Origin: Lama guanicoe | Lineage: Eukaryota | Reading direction: 5' to 3' | Assembly (NCBI GenBank): GCA_013239625.1 | Contig: MU053934.1 | Location: 10,703,003 to 10,767,002, forward strand | Length of the DNA: 64,000 bases | Part shown: piece by piece, positions 10,861-21,860 of the stretch | Numbering within the stretch: position 1 is the stretch's first letter | Layout of the letters: each line of letters opens with the position of its first letter | Notes under the pieces: model-generated | What the model saw: only the letters and a program-made list of their open reading frames with translations | What the model was told of the DNA's origin: nothing | Database searches by the model: none | Made by a program: the position numbers and the translations under genes

Positions 10861-13271
10861 AGTCGGTGCGACACTCCGTCGGGACCGTGGTGCCACCGTC
10901 TGCGGGGCGTTTCTGCGCACAGCGGTCCGGTGGGGGGCCCATGCCGTCCAGCAGCGCGTGTGCTCAGAGGAGGCAGGAGCAGAGAGACGGGGGGACCAGC
11001 AGCAGCAGCACCCAGCCTCGCAGGGGGAGAGCGGCAGGAGGAACAGGAAGACGGCGGCCCACTCTGGTTTCTCACTGGGCTTCTGAGATTGAAAAATGTC
11101 TGTTTCCAGTGCCACCTGCCCTGATAACACGCGTCCCTTCAGAGGAAGTGGGTGGAAGCGGGGCTGGGGGCGTCTCTGACCCCCGTCTTCAGAATCACTG
11201 GCAACACGGATTCTTCTCCTGAGCACAAGGTGTCTGCGGCTCCTCCGATGCACTTCCTCGGAAGTAGGTTGTGGGCGTGAGTTCGGCTGCAAGTAGAGCG
11301 GATCCGAGTAGAGGGCACAGTGAAGCCGCAGCTCTGGGGACGAGAGAGACGCCGTCACAGACCAGCTGACGGCGTGTCATCTGCGCAGCCAAGAGGGCCA
11401 GCTGCCCCGGGGGTAATTCAACTCAACTGCCCTGCATCCTGGGCAGGGACCGTGAGGAGGAGGTAACATTTTGGGCTCAGAAAGAAGAGATCGGACAAGG
11501 GGACTAAGGGGGGAAGCCAGTATTGAGTCCGAATGCTAGACTCAGGAAACTAACGGTTTCCGGAGAGAACTGGTGTGAAGGTCAACGTGGCTCCCACCGG
11601 GCTGAGTGGCCCTTGCTTGCTCTCTCGTCAGCTTGTGTGTTCTTACGTTTCCAAGTACGAGGAAGCCACACCGGGGCAACACATGGTATCTGGGGAGTAT
11701 CAAGAGGCGATGGCGTTTCTCAGTTGTTTTCAGATAATTTAAGAGCTGAGCTGCTTGCACGGGGACTGCTCTGTTTCCGTCTTGCAGCCGGTCTCCTTCT
11801 AGGACGCAGAGCTCACAGGTCTGCCGACTTCCACGGAGTGCAGGGCAGCGGCCACCAAAGTCTGGGAAGATGGTGGGGAAACGTGTCCAAGGCACTGGAG
11901 ACCCTCCCTGAATGACTGCAGGAGCAGGCTGAAGGCTGGGGAGAGGCAGAAGGTGGCGAGACAGCTGAGTGCACACGGCTGGGGACATGCGTGGGGGGAG
12001 ACAACTGCCCAGCAACGCCAAGAGCGGGCAGGTCAGTTGAAAATCAGGAAAAGAGAAGCCCATGGTTTAGAAAGCTGATGCCTGGGCTCAAAGCACCACG
12101 AGGTCTCTGGGGCTCATCAGGGCTGAGGCCACAGGTCTTGCTAATGGAAAGGCATTGGTATCACCCTCAAAATATTCCAAACCAGCGGAGAACCAAATCT
12201 GGTTACGGCTCCAGCCAGCCCAGACCCAGCTCAGCGGATGAGCAGACTCACCCATCCCACATCAACTCCAGGTTCTTCTCTGGCAGGAGGAGAGAGGCTG
12301 CCTTTGGGGGAGAAATATTTACTTTGACTTATTTCACTAAAAGATTAGTTTTTTTTTAAACAATGTCTAGGATAAAATTTTTTTAAAAATCACGTGATAC
12401 ATGAAGAAGAAGAAAGAAAGTGAGGCTGAAGGTCTTGAGAAGAAAGAGCCAACAGAAGCATCCGGAGGTGGTCTGGATGCAGAGCCATTAAGCAGGGACC
12501 TTGCGACGCCCGCGACAGCCATGCTGACGGACCGCATGGAGCGGCGACGACAAGCTGGAGGGCTCAGCTCTGTGATGGAAGCTACATAAACGTCCCAGTG
12601 CAAATGCAAGAGGTGGAAGTGGGGCACCGAAGTGGTGACTGGCTGCACGGGCTTCCCCCCAGGCTGGGTGCGGCTGGGCCCCCTGGGTCCGGCCCCAGAT
12701 CGTGGGGCAGGTCCTGCCCTCGTCGCTTGTTGCTGGTTCTCCCTGAGCTCCTGGGATGCCCGGGGCGTGTTCCACACGCGGCAAGCGGATGCAGGACGAG
12801 GGAAAACACTTGCTGTCTCAGGAGGTGGTGTGGCGACGCTCGTCCACCCTCGGGTCCACGTGGCCCGACCGAGCCTCTTAGCCCGGGGAAATGTGCTTCT
12901 CCGTTCGGTGGGAGGAAGTGCAGAGTCCTGGGGCAAATGATGTGAAGTGTAATCCTGTCACAGCGAGGGATCAAAGCATTAGCGAAGATTTAGGAATAAC
13001 AGCCCATACTCTGCCCCAGAGGAGGCAGGCTGGTACGTGAAACTTGAGTGTCGTGAGACCCTGCATACCCAGGACGCAGTAAGACTGTTAACTTAAGGTG
13101 GGCTGCCATGTGTAAAAGGTGCTTATTATAATCTCTATCTAATCATTAAAATAGCAAGAAAAGGATGTATAACAAGCTCATGGCAAAGAAAATGGAACAG
13201 TAAACACACTGGATCAATACAAGTAATTCAAGAAGTAAAGGAAAAAATGAGAAGGAAAGAAAACAAATGGG

Positions 13272-13495
13272 AGGAGGGATGAATCAGGAGTCTGGGACTA
13301 GCAGACACAGACCACGACATGCGGAGCAGGTGAGTGACAGGTCCTGCCGCACAGCTCGGGGGCTCCGTTCCGTGTCTTGTAGTGACCGACGACGGAGGGG
13401 AATGTGGACAAGAGTATACGCGGATCACTGACGCACTGCGCTGTCCGCCGGAAACTAACACAGCCCTGGAAAGCAACCACACTGCAATTAAAAAA
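13272..13495 (+). mobile_element. Cetartiodactyl-type L1 3' end (5'-truncated), strongly GC-shifted
   Basis: Colinear with the copy at 28493-28731 and ends in caattaaaaaa. Flanked by an approximate TSD: aaacaaatggga / aaacagatggga. Confidence 0.8.
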
Positions 13496-13545
13496 GACAA
13501 AACAGATGGGAGGATAATGGTTCTAAAGCAAATACACAGCAACTA

Positions 13546-13623
13546 CTAGGTTGAGTCACAGGAAATTGTCTTTTTGTCGGTTAGACTCATCACATATTGG
13601 TAATTCCATGTGGTTCAATCTAG
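13546..13623. mobile_element. MADE2-like mariner-derived MITE
   Basis: 78 bp with imperfect TIRs (ctaggttgagtcacaggaaattg ... taattccatgtggttcaatctag), flanked by TA on both sides (13544-45 and 13624-25). Confidence 0.85.
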
Positions 13624-14039
13624 TACGCTAAGAGAGTGTTAACTCCAAATAAAATACAAAGGTTACCTGCTTCACATAAAAGACAGGTAATCAGACTGAA
13701 TTGAAAAACTCAAACAACAGCAAGAATAGTACAGATTAAATTTAAAAGAGGGACAGAGAAAGACTAAAAGTCAAATGATATAAAAAAATGCACCGTGCAA
13801 ACACTGACAGAGAGGAAGCTGCTGAGCTCCTGTCAGTCACGGTGGCCTGAAGGCAGGGGTGACCGCAGAGGAAAGGGGTCTCGGGATGATCCAAAGGTCA
13901 ACTCAACAGGCAGATGCGACGATTCTGAATAATACGGCAACCCACCTAGCGCGGGCGCAGCACATGTAAACCCAGGAGGGAAATAAAGGAGGAACCAGTC
14001 GTCCCCGGGCACAGGCACCAGCCCACGGGTGAGTTCCAC

Positions 14040-14430
14040 GGAAACACGGGGACACCGACAGCGGGGGGCAGTGTTCACAGCAGCTAGAGCTGTGAAAGCC
14101 TGAACCCTGAAGCCGCCCAAACGTCCGCTGACGACAGTGTGTGAGTGGGTGGCGGTAACTTCATGCAGTAGCGTCTACAGCAAAGCGAGAACAGGACGCC
14201 GCTGAGCGCAGCAGCGGGGGTGGGCCGGCCGACGTGGCGCTGGGTGTGAGCCCCGCGCTGGTGTGAAGCGCGGTGGTGTTGCTCCTGGGGGGCCACGAGG
14301 AAGGCTTCTGGGACGCCGACATACCCAGTTTTTAAAAATCTGACTTTACACGTTTGCCTTCACAAAGCAGCGGTGAGCTGTCAGCTTAGGGTTTGTATAC
14401 TTCATTTATGTTCCGACTTGTTAGATGAGC
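14040..14430 (+). mobile_element. Old L1 (L1ME-like) 3' end, GC-shifted
   Basis: gtgttcacagcagc..cccaaacgtcc..ggcttctggga..gagctgtcagcttagggtttgtatacttc. Confidence 0.6.
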
Positions 14431-14767
14431 ATTTTTAAATCATCATGTCAGACATCATGATCTGACTGCTGGAGAAAAAACAGACAGCAGTCCTTAAGGT
14501 CACGTGCGCAGAAACTTACCCTGGATTTCGGGTTTGCAGAAATTCCATGGCGGGCCTCATCTCCGCTGGGATTGAGTGAAAATCAGCCAGGATATTTGGA
14601 ACAGCAAGGATGGCAATCCAGTTCAACACCCCTCATGCAAAATGCAGTGGTTGGGTTATTTCTCACAATCCAGCCACAACGGCTCTTGAGAGAATATGGA
14701 GCCGAGGACACTGGCACCATTGAGATCCCCCTTAGCTCCTGTCTCTCGTGCTTCTCACGTCAAACCA

Positions 14768-15130
14768 CAGTGGTTGTGACAGAGCTCCCAGCCCCCCAGC
14801 CCTCCGCTCTCGGTGAACGGACTGCACACCCCTGTCCTATGGACGTCGGCTGGCCCAGACTTGCTCGGACAATGGAAAGTGGGCTGAACCCGCTCTGCCA
14901 CCTCCCAAAAGACACTTCAAAGGCCCGTGGGTGGTTGTGCCGTCATTCTGCTCCGTCTGTCCTGGGCTCACTGGTGGCCCAGGTGGAGGCTACTCCCTCC
15001 TCCAGAGTCCCAGAGGAGGAGGACTTGGGGCAGCCAGGCCACTGCTGACAGGTGACGTGGGCAAGAAGCAAATGTGGATACTTTGAGGATGCTTGTTGCT
15101 GCAGCACAAGGGTTCTGAGCAGACGGACAC
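14768..15130 (+). mobile_element. MaLR LTR, MLT1I/J-like
   Basis: gacttgctcggacaatggaaagtg, ggaggctactccctcc, gcaagaagcaaatg, gcttgttgctgcagcacaa. Confidence 0.65.
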
Positions 15131-15832
15131 AAGACTCCCTCCACGAGGACAAATCTTGATGCTGGAGACACCGGGTTTACATTCTAACGCTCTGTGACCC
15201 ATGGAACTAGCCTTCCTCACCCTCTCAAGTGTCAGCCATCCGAGGAAGGAAGGACCAGGCGTGACTCCTGGAACAAGTCTCTGGCATGAGAAATGGATTT
15301 CTATAACCACCCTGTGTTAGGCAATGTGACATTCTTGAGCCTAGAAGATTATTTTCTTTGGATATACAAACAATAAATGTTCACTGCTGATATCACAAGG
15401 TGCCAAGATTTTGATCAATTTGGTAATTATTTAAATCATGAAGTATGAGCAATGCATCGAGGTCGCTGGAAAGGAACCCAGAAATGATGCTGTGACGTGA
15501 GGGATTTTAAATGTTAGTGAACGTTTCCTGGTCTGAGGCTGGTTGTGTGGCATTTCCTCAGTCCTATGGTCTGCTAAATAGCACGGGGACTTCAAAAATA
15601 TCTTGAGATCCACCAGCCAATTGGCCTTTGCCTGTACTGTCCACCTCAGGGCTCTCAGTGACCATGGCTACTGAAGAAGCGGGTACCTGCATCTCCTGGA
15701 TCTGAATTCATCATCTTTGTCCTTGAAAAAGACTCTCTTTACTCTTTATTAATGCAGGGTCCCATGATGCACCTTGTTTTCCAAAAACAGGACGTTTAAG
15801 GGTCATCTGCTCCTTTCTTTCCCACAGCCAAT

Positions 15833-16305
15833 TTTGTTAGTCTCTTGCGGCTGCTGTAACAAACGATCTCAGACGCAAGACAAACTCACCGTCTCACAGC
15901 CAGAAGCTCGATGTGGGTCTCGCTGTGTTGGGAGAGCGCTGTCTCTCTCTGGAGCCTCTAAGGAAACGCTGTGTCCTGGCCTGCTCTCGCTCCCGGAGGC
16001 TGTGTGCCTGCGCTGGCCTGCGGCCCCTTCCTCCACCCTCAGAGCCGGCACTGGGGGCTCGGTCCCGGCTCACGGCCGCGTGCTGACCACACTTCCGCAG
16101 TCACGGCCCCTCTGATCTCCTCCGCTTCCATTTTTGAGAACCTCTGGGATTACTAGTTAGTCCCTTCTGGATAATTCAGGATAGTCTGTTGATCTTAAAG
16201 CCACTTCATTGGCAACCTTGATTCCCTTTTGAGATGTGACTGAACATATCAGCTTCTGGGGAGTCGGGCACGGGCAGCCTCGGGGGTGGCACTGTCTGCC
16301 CAAGC
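15833..16305 (-). mobile_element. MaLR LTR, MLT1D-like
   Basis: gctgctgtaacaaa, atgtgggtctcgctg, ggccccttcctccaccctcagagcc, ggataattcaggata, attggcaaccttgattcc. Confidence 0.85.
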
Positions 16306-16689
16306 ATCCGATCAAACACCAACACCCGGATTTGCTTCTTAACAGCTGGTCTTTCGTTCATTCCTGCTTAATTCTGCGGTTTTCTTTCCCATCATTCTCT
16401 TCTCTGAGCCAGTGTTCACAGTGACCATTCATCCTGGTTTGATGGACAGTCCAGGACTTAACCCCTTTCAGTATCAATCAGGTCCTGATTTAAACGGTCT
16501 TATATGGTTGCTCTGTTAAGTTCCACCGGCCAGACCACGGAGAGCTCCCCAGGATCGCCCAGCCGCTCACCGCACAGCCACTGCCCCACTCTGCCCTCCC
16601 CGGGGGCCCTGCACTCCATCCCGCATCCATCCTTCGAGTGTGGACCCCCACGTCCTGTCTTTTGTTAAACTGTCCCGCTCCGTGGAGGC

Positions 16690-16885
16690 ATATCTGCTCA
16701 GATCTGCTCTTTTGCCCACACTTGCTCTGCACACGGGCCTCTGTTACTAACCGTGAAGTACAGTGGAGCTGTTGTGTTTTCCCTCCCTCCCTGAGGGTGA
16801 GCTCCTCGAAGGCAGAAGTCATCACAGATACTCACCTAAGACCCCTGCACAGGGTTACCTCTCAGTAAACGTGGACAGAGTTGAG
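16690..16885 (+). mobile_element. L2 3' end fragment
   Basis: gtgagctcctcgaaggcagaa...ctcagtaaacgtggacagagttga resembles the L2 tail. Confidence 0.45.
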
Positions 16886-17454
16886 ATAATGGGGCACCCA
16901 TCGTCCTGGAAAGCTGCAGAGGGGGAAAGGGTCGCTCTGTCCTCAATTTATAAATAAACGATGTGCTGACGTGCCAGTGGGTCCCTGCACAAGTCCCTTC
17001 CAGTCTGTTCACTGAACCACAGTTGTGAACCGTAGAAGAAATTAGAGAGAGGATTTTTAGAATCCCTGTTTTGCAGCCTCTGTGGAATTACTTGATGCAG
17101 GCAATGCCTACTGATGGGCGAATCCAGGAGATGAGTGACGGTACACCTGGCAACGAGAAGGTCGGGAGGCCGCCACCTCAGCCCGCTGGCCGATCTCGGC
17201 CCTGAAGCCCGGCTCGCACAGCTCTGCTTGTAACGTGCCCGTCCCCAGACACTGCATCGGAGACCACTCAAGCCTCTGCCTCCCGTTTACAAAAACTGAA
17301 GACTAGAAGACCAGCCTTATGACCCGAAGGAGCAAAGAGACAAGCCCTGTTCGGTTGATATTCTGCAGGGCAACTGATCTAATTCCTGAACCAAGTCAAC
17401 GCAGCCGGTAAAGGGGGCGAGGGGCTTCGGCGCAGTAAAGGGGCTTGGGAGATT

Positions 17455-17800
17455 TCACAACTACGTTCAGTGCATCAACCTTGTTTGGACTCTGAATCAA
17501 ACAAACTGACTTGAAACAGACGTTGGTGAGCAGTCGGGGGACTCTGACTCTGGACCGTGTTTGGATAAATGCAAGAAGTGATTAACCACGTCAGGTACAA
17601 CAGTGGGTCTGGTGATAAGTGAACATGTCCGTTTTTCAGAGATACACGCTGAAACACTTGGGGGTGAAATGTTACTATATCTGACACCTGCAAAAAATAG
17701 ATTAAGAAAAGGAAAAATGCAAGTGAACAGATGAAGCAAATGTGAAAAATAAGACAGCTCTGCTTCCAGATATGTTTGAAATTTTACATCCAATTAAAAA
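17455..17800 (+). mobile_element. L1MC4/5-like 3' end
   Basis: accttgtttggactctgaatcaaacaaact, tttcagagatacacgctgaaacactt..gtgaaatg, tatgtttgaaattttacat. Confidence 0.75.
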
Positions 17801-18408
17801 ATAGAAATCATCACGTATATGCGTTAAATGATTAAGTTAATAAATGAAATAGTTTTCTCCCAGCTGTGCAGCAGATATGCTCCCCAGTCGTGGGGAGGTC
17901 AGACCTGAAGAGCTGGGGTCAACGGGGAGAGTTTGGGAACCTAAGCCCGTCAGGCGTCTGCTCCGGACTCACATAATCGCCTCAAAATGACTTTTACACT
18001 TGGAAGCCACACAACCAGGCAATGGGCCTCACTTGCCACAAACTCTGCTTCTGGTCTTTGCAAATAGTGGGCGAGCCCCCCTCCCCAGTTCGTCCTCCTC
18101 AGGGTCCCGTGTGTCCCCTGCACACAGTGGATGCTCAGTCCCTGCCTCTGGGATGAATGGGGGGGACGGCTGGCTGGGCCTTTGCACCGTTGCGATACCA
18201 TAGCTCATGAATGAATGGACGAGGCTCATAAAAAAAGCCCATGTTTTGCAGTGAAATTGCTTCATGGTCCTTCTGGGTCCAGAGACTCCTTTTCTACAGA
18301 CATTGTGTCTATAAATCCATATCTACCAGGCCAGGCTCTTGAGTGAATGACTTACCACCTTCCTACCACAGCCCCAAGGATCCCGAAAGCCTCGGAGCCC
18401 ATTTGAAA

Positions 18409-18452
18409 ACAAAGGGAGGGTTATCTCCCCACAAAGGGAGGGTTATCTCCCC
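18409..18452. repeat. Perfect 22-bp tandem duplication
   Basis: acaaagggagggttatctcccc x2, identical copies. Confidence 0.97.
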
Positions 18453-18640
18453 GTTGAGAGCTACAGGGACCGAAACGAGGAGGCAGAGGTGAGCGCAAAG
18501 CTGCCCGCTCCTCCTGAAACACTAGGTCTGCTGGAGTTCAAATTCATGAATCTCCATGCTGATGCTCCGTTGGTTTTCTGCACAAATAAATAAAAAAAAC
18601 AACCAGAGGCCCTGGTTTGCATTAGAATCTCATAATATGC

Positions 18641-18876
18641 TATAAAACCCTTGCCGGAGCCAGCATCCAGTTTAAGAATTCTCTCTCAGTTTTACGTCTC
18701 CCACCCCGCCTCTGCCTCTTCCTGCTTATCGGCTTCTCCCTTCCCTCCTCCACCTGGCTCCCTCCCTCCCTTCCTGCTTCTCGATGCCTCTGCCCCAGGC
18801 CACCCCTCCCCACCTTCTCCCCTTCCTCCCCGCAGAGTAAACGTGGGGACCCGGCTCTGGTCCGATGTCTGTGAGT
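18641..18876 (+). promoter_or_regulatory. Candidate TATA/Inr core promoter with first exon and splice donor
   Basis: TATAAAA at 18641; Inr-consensus CCAGTTT with its A at 18669 (28 nt after the first T of TATA); donor GTGAGT at 18871. Motif-level evidence only. Confidence 0.35.
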
Positions 18877-19354
18877 GGGAGAAGTCGAGACAGGTCACGT
18901 GCTGGGAGCCGCGATCACCGGATCTGGGGCACCTGGCAGCGGGGCTCTGTCCCACTGGGTCTGGTTTATAAACACGGCTGGAGAAATGGGCTCAGCTTCT
19001 TGGGGTCTCCAGAAGTCTGGGTGCTGGGACGAGGCTCACAAGCCACGCCAGCGCCTTCTGAGCCTTCACGTCTCCCATCCCAGTGCCTCGCTCTGCTCCC
19101 CGGTGTTCCACTCGCCCTTTCCGCGTCCTCTGGCGAGCTTGCTCCGAGGTCGGAGGGAAGGCGCACGATCGCCCCGGGGGAAACGGATCAGCAGGAAGGG
19201 GCCTGGCGCTTCTGCGCAGACACCGCGCGTGGGCTCCCACCACCTGCCCGGCACCCCCGATGCTCTCGCTAACTGCCTTCACTCTCCAGCCACACCTGTC
19301 GCGGTCCTGCTCTGTGGGGGACGAGGATGCCGCAGTGGACGGGACACAGAGGGC

Positions 19355-19790
19355 CCTTGGAGTCCAAGAACGTGGGTCACAGAAGCCTTGCTCATGACAG
19401 CCCCAAAGTGGAAGCATCCCACAAGTGCTTCGATGGGTGAGTGGTCACACAAAACGTCCTGCGCCCAGTCCAGGGAACGCCGCTTAGCCGTGAGAAGTGG
19501 CCCCTTGTGGTAACGATTCTGTGTGTCCTGTCTGTTCTGATGGGTATGTGAACCCACACGCGGTGGGACCGTGTGGAACTACATGCACACCCGCACCCGT
19601 GCACACGGGCACAGGTGGGGCTGCGGGTCTGGAGGAGGGCGTGGGCTGCCTCCCTGCGGAACCCGGGCTGCGGGCTCGCGCTGCAGCCTTGCCAGATGTC
19701 GCCTCGGGGCACGTGAGGCCGCTCCGCATTCGTCTTTACAACTGCGTGTGATCCACAACGATCTCAATAAAAATACGCAAGTTGTTTTAA
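19355..19790 (+). mobile_element. L1MD-like 3' end, strongly GC-shifted
   Basis: acagccccaaagtggaagcatccc..., terminal ttacaactgcgtgtgatccacaacgatctcaataaaaa. Confidence 0.8.
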
Positions 19791-19831
19791 AGGAGAAGAG
19801 CGGAGGCAGCAAGACAGAGGGGAGTCCAGGC

Positions 19832-20174
19832 TGCAGCGGACTGTCTCCCCCGCCCCCAATTCATACTTTGGAACCAAGCCCCCAGGGTGGTGGCATTTGG
19901 AGGAGGGGACTTGGGAGGTGATTAGGTCACAAGGATGAAGCCCCCACCAGTGGGATCAGCGCTTTGGTAAAAGGCCCAGGACGTTCCCTCACCCCTCCCA
20001 CCACCTGAGGACGGCTGGAGGGGCCCTCTGCGAGCCAGGAAAGGGGCCCTCGCTGGGCACTGCGTCTGCTGGTTGGTGCCTTGACCTCGGGCTTCTCAGC
20101 CTCCAGAGCCGTCTGTGCGCCTCCCAGGGGCCAGACCTGTCCCGGCAGCCCCAGCAGACCGATGCAGCGACACA
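19832..20174 (+). mobile_element. MaLR LTR, MLT1A/MLT1A0-like
   Basis: cccccaattcata, ttgggaggtgattaggtca, tgggatcagcgcttt, gagccaggaaaggggccctc, gccttgacctcgggcttctcagcctccaga. Confidence 0.85.
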
Positions 20175-20234
20175 GAAGAAGCAGGCTGGGGACTGGTGCT
20201 CAGTCGCTGAGAACGAACCAGCTGTGTTCTCAGA

Positions 20235-20360
20235 GCTCACCTACACCTCTCAGCGTCCCCTGAGGCTCGCAGTGGCCCTGTTCCCATTTCACAGAGGGTG
20301 ACGCTAAAACGTAGAGACGAACTAACGTTCCCGCAGGCGGTCACGGGGGCCCCGATGCCG
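20235..20360 (-). mobile_element. MIR fragment
   Basis: cccatttcacagagggtgacgct...aggcggtcacg resembles the MIR core in antisense. Confidence 0.45.
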
Positions 20361-20959
20361 AGCACGCCGAGCGGCCTTTCCGGGAGTGCGGGGCAAAGAG
20401 GCCGAGCGCGGGGGGCCTGAGGAGGGGGCGGGCGGTAAGGCGGCTAGCACACAGGCCGGGCTGACCTCCTGCTGTGCCGTGAGTTGAGTCAGGCTTTAAA
20501 GGGTCCACAGAGTTGCCCGCGGGCAGACTGTCCGTGCAGAAGGTGGGACGCGTGAGGACATGCTCACTGCCGTGCGTAGCAGGTGGGGGGGTGAGTGCTG
20601 GAGCCGGCGGGGCCCGGGACGCGGACTGGGGGGCAGAGTCAGGCGTTTCCTGTGAACGACGCTTAAGCAGCACCTGGAGCGATGAGCGGCCAGATCGGGT
20701 GCCTCCGTCACAGCATCCCAGGGTGTTCCATCTCCCTCGGAGGAAGTCCAAGGCCACGTCCTGTGGCTTCCGTGAGCGAGCCCCAGCCAGCCCTCTGCCC
20801 TCCCCGCCTCCCTGAACCTCCCAGGCACCTGCCCCTCCCCGCGGCACCGCTGCCCCTTCTGCTGGGAATTCTCCTTCACACACACGGGACCTACTCCCTC
20901 CCAGGTTTCAGGTCCTGCTCACGTGTCCCCTTAGCAGAGAGGAGGACCCAGGTTAGAAC

Positions 20960-21860
20960 AGTCTGAAAAAGGAGTGTAAACAAATATAATCGGACCGACT
21001 AAGGCCACGAAAGCATAAACCAGAAATCAATAAGCAGATCTGCAGATAAGCCAAGCAGAACTTCCAGAAGTGGAAGTCACACAGGACACACACACAGAAA
21101 CTAAAGCTCGCTGGTTACTGAGCCGTAGGGGAGAGACGGCGGGGAAGAGAGAATTAGCAAACTGGAAGATAAAGCCACGGGGATGAAGCAGGAGGCAGCC
21201 CACGGAGACAAAGCCTCCGTCTATTCATGTGTCGGCTTATCTGCACCACTGACTGCAGCTCAGAAGCTGGACAGAGACGTGTATTTATAGCACATTTACT
21301 GTGTACAGACTTTCTTCTATTGTGTTATGGCCTCATTTACCTGCTGGATATCAACGTTGATTGTAAACCGTTGAGTAATGAAGACAGTATGATACAGGCA
21401 TGGGGACAGACAGACAGAGAAATGGAACAAGGCACCTGGGACGGGTCCCTGTGTGTGCTGGCATAAGACAGAGTTGGCCCTAACACGTCAGCAGGCAGAC
21501 GAGGACCAGTCAACAGGTGGTGTTGGATGTGAGGTTTTCCACGTGAAGTAAAACTACAGAAGGTCCCACTTCACATGAGGCATCACCTCCAGGTCGATTA
21601 AAGACAGAAGCAAGACAAGCCGATCCTCAGGCTTTCAGAATTCAACTCAACTCACTTCTCGATGGGAGATGACACCGCAGATAAGACTGAGAGGAGCAGG
21701 TTGGATGATCAGCTCTCTCATTGACATCTTGTTTTTAGAGAAAGTCGTCTAAACCAAACACAGAAGACCAAGTAGTGGGTACGAAAATGTTCATTATTCC
21801 CTAGACTGTTGTCTGAAATAATGCACAAAAAAGGAGGAAGATTTAAAAAATACACATGTG
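20960..21860 (+). mobile_element. Ancient L1M fragments (ORF1-like then ORF2 3' part)
   Basis: gaagagagaattagcaaactggaagata (ORF1-like); gtaatgaagacagtatgatacaggcatggggacagacagacag..aatggaaca (ORF2-like). Confidence 0.6.

Larger units (their letters stand above)
12270..14000 (+). mobile_element. Ancient L1M fragment (5' region/ORF1 start and ORF2 endonuclease region), hosting two nested insertions
   Basis: gggggagaaatatttacttt..aacaatgtctagg..catgaagaagaagaaa matches an L1M 5' end. tcagactgaattgaaaaa..caccgtgcaaacactgac..aaaggtcaactcaacagg matches the ORF2 endonuclease region. Confidence 0.65.

Noticed and set aside
12401..12589. 62-aa ATG ORF MKKKKESEAEG...
   Set aside because: Lies in the decayed L1M 5'/ORF1 start region.
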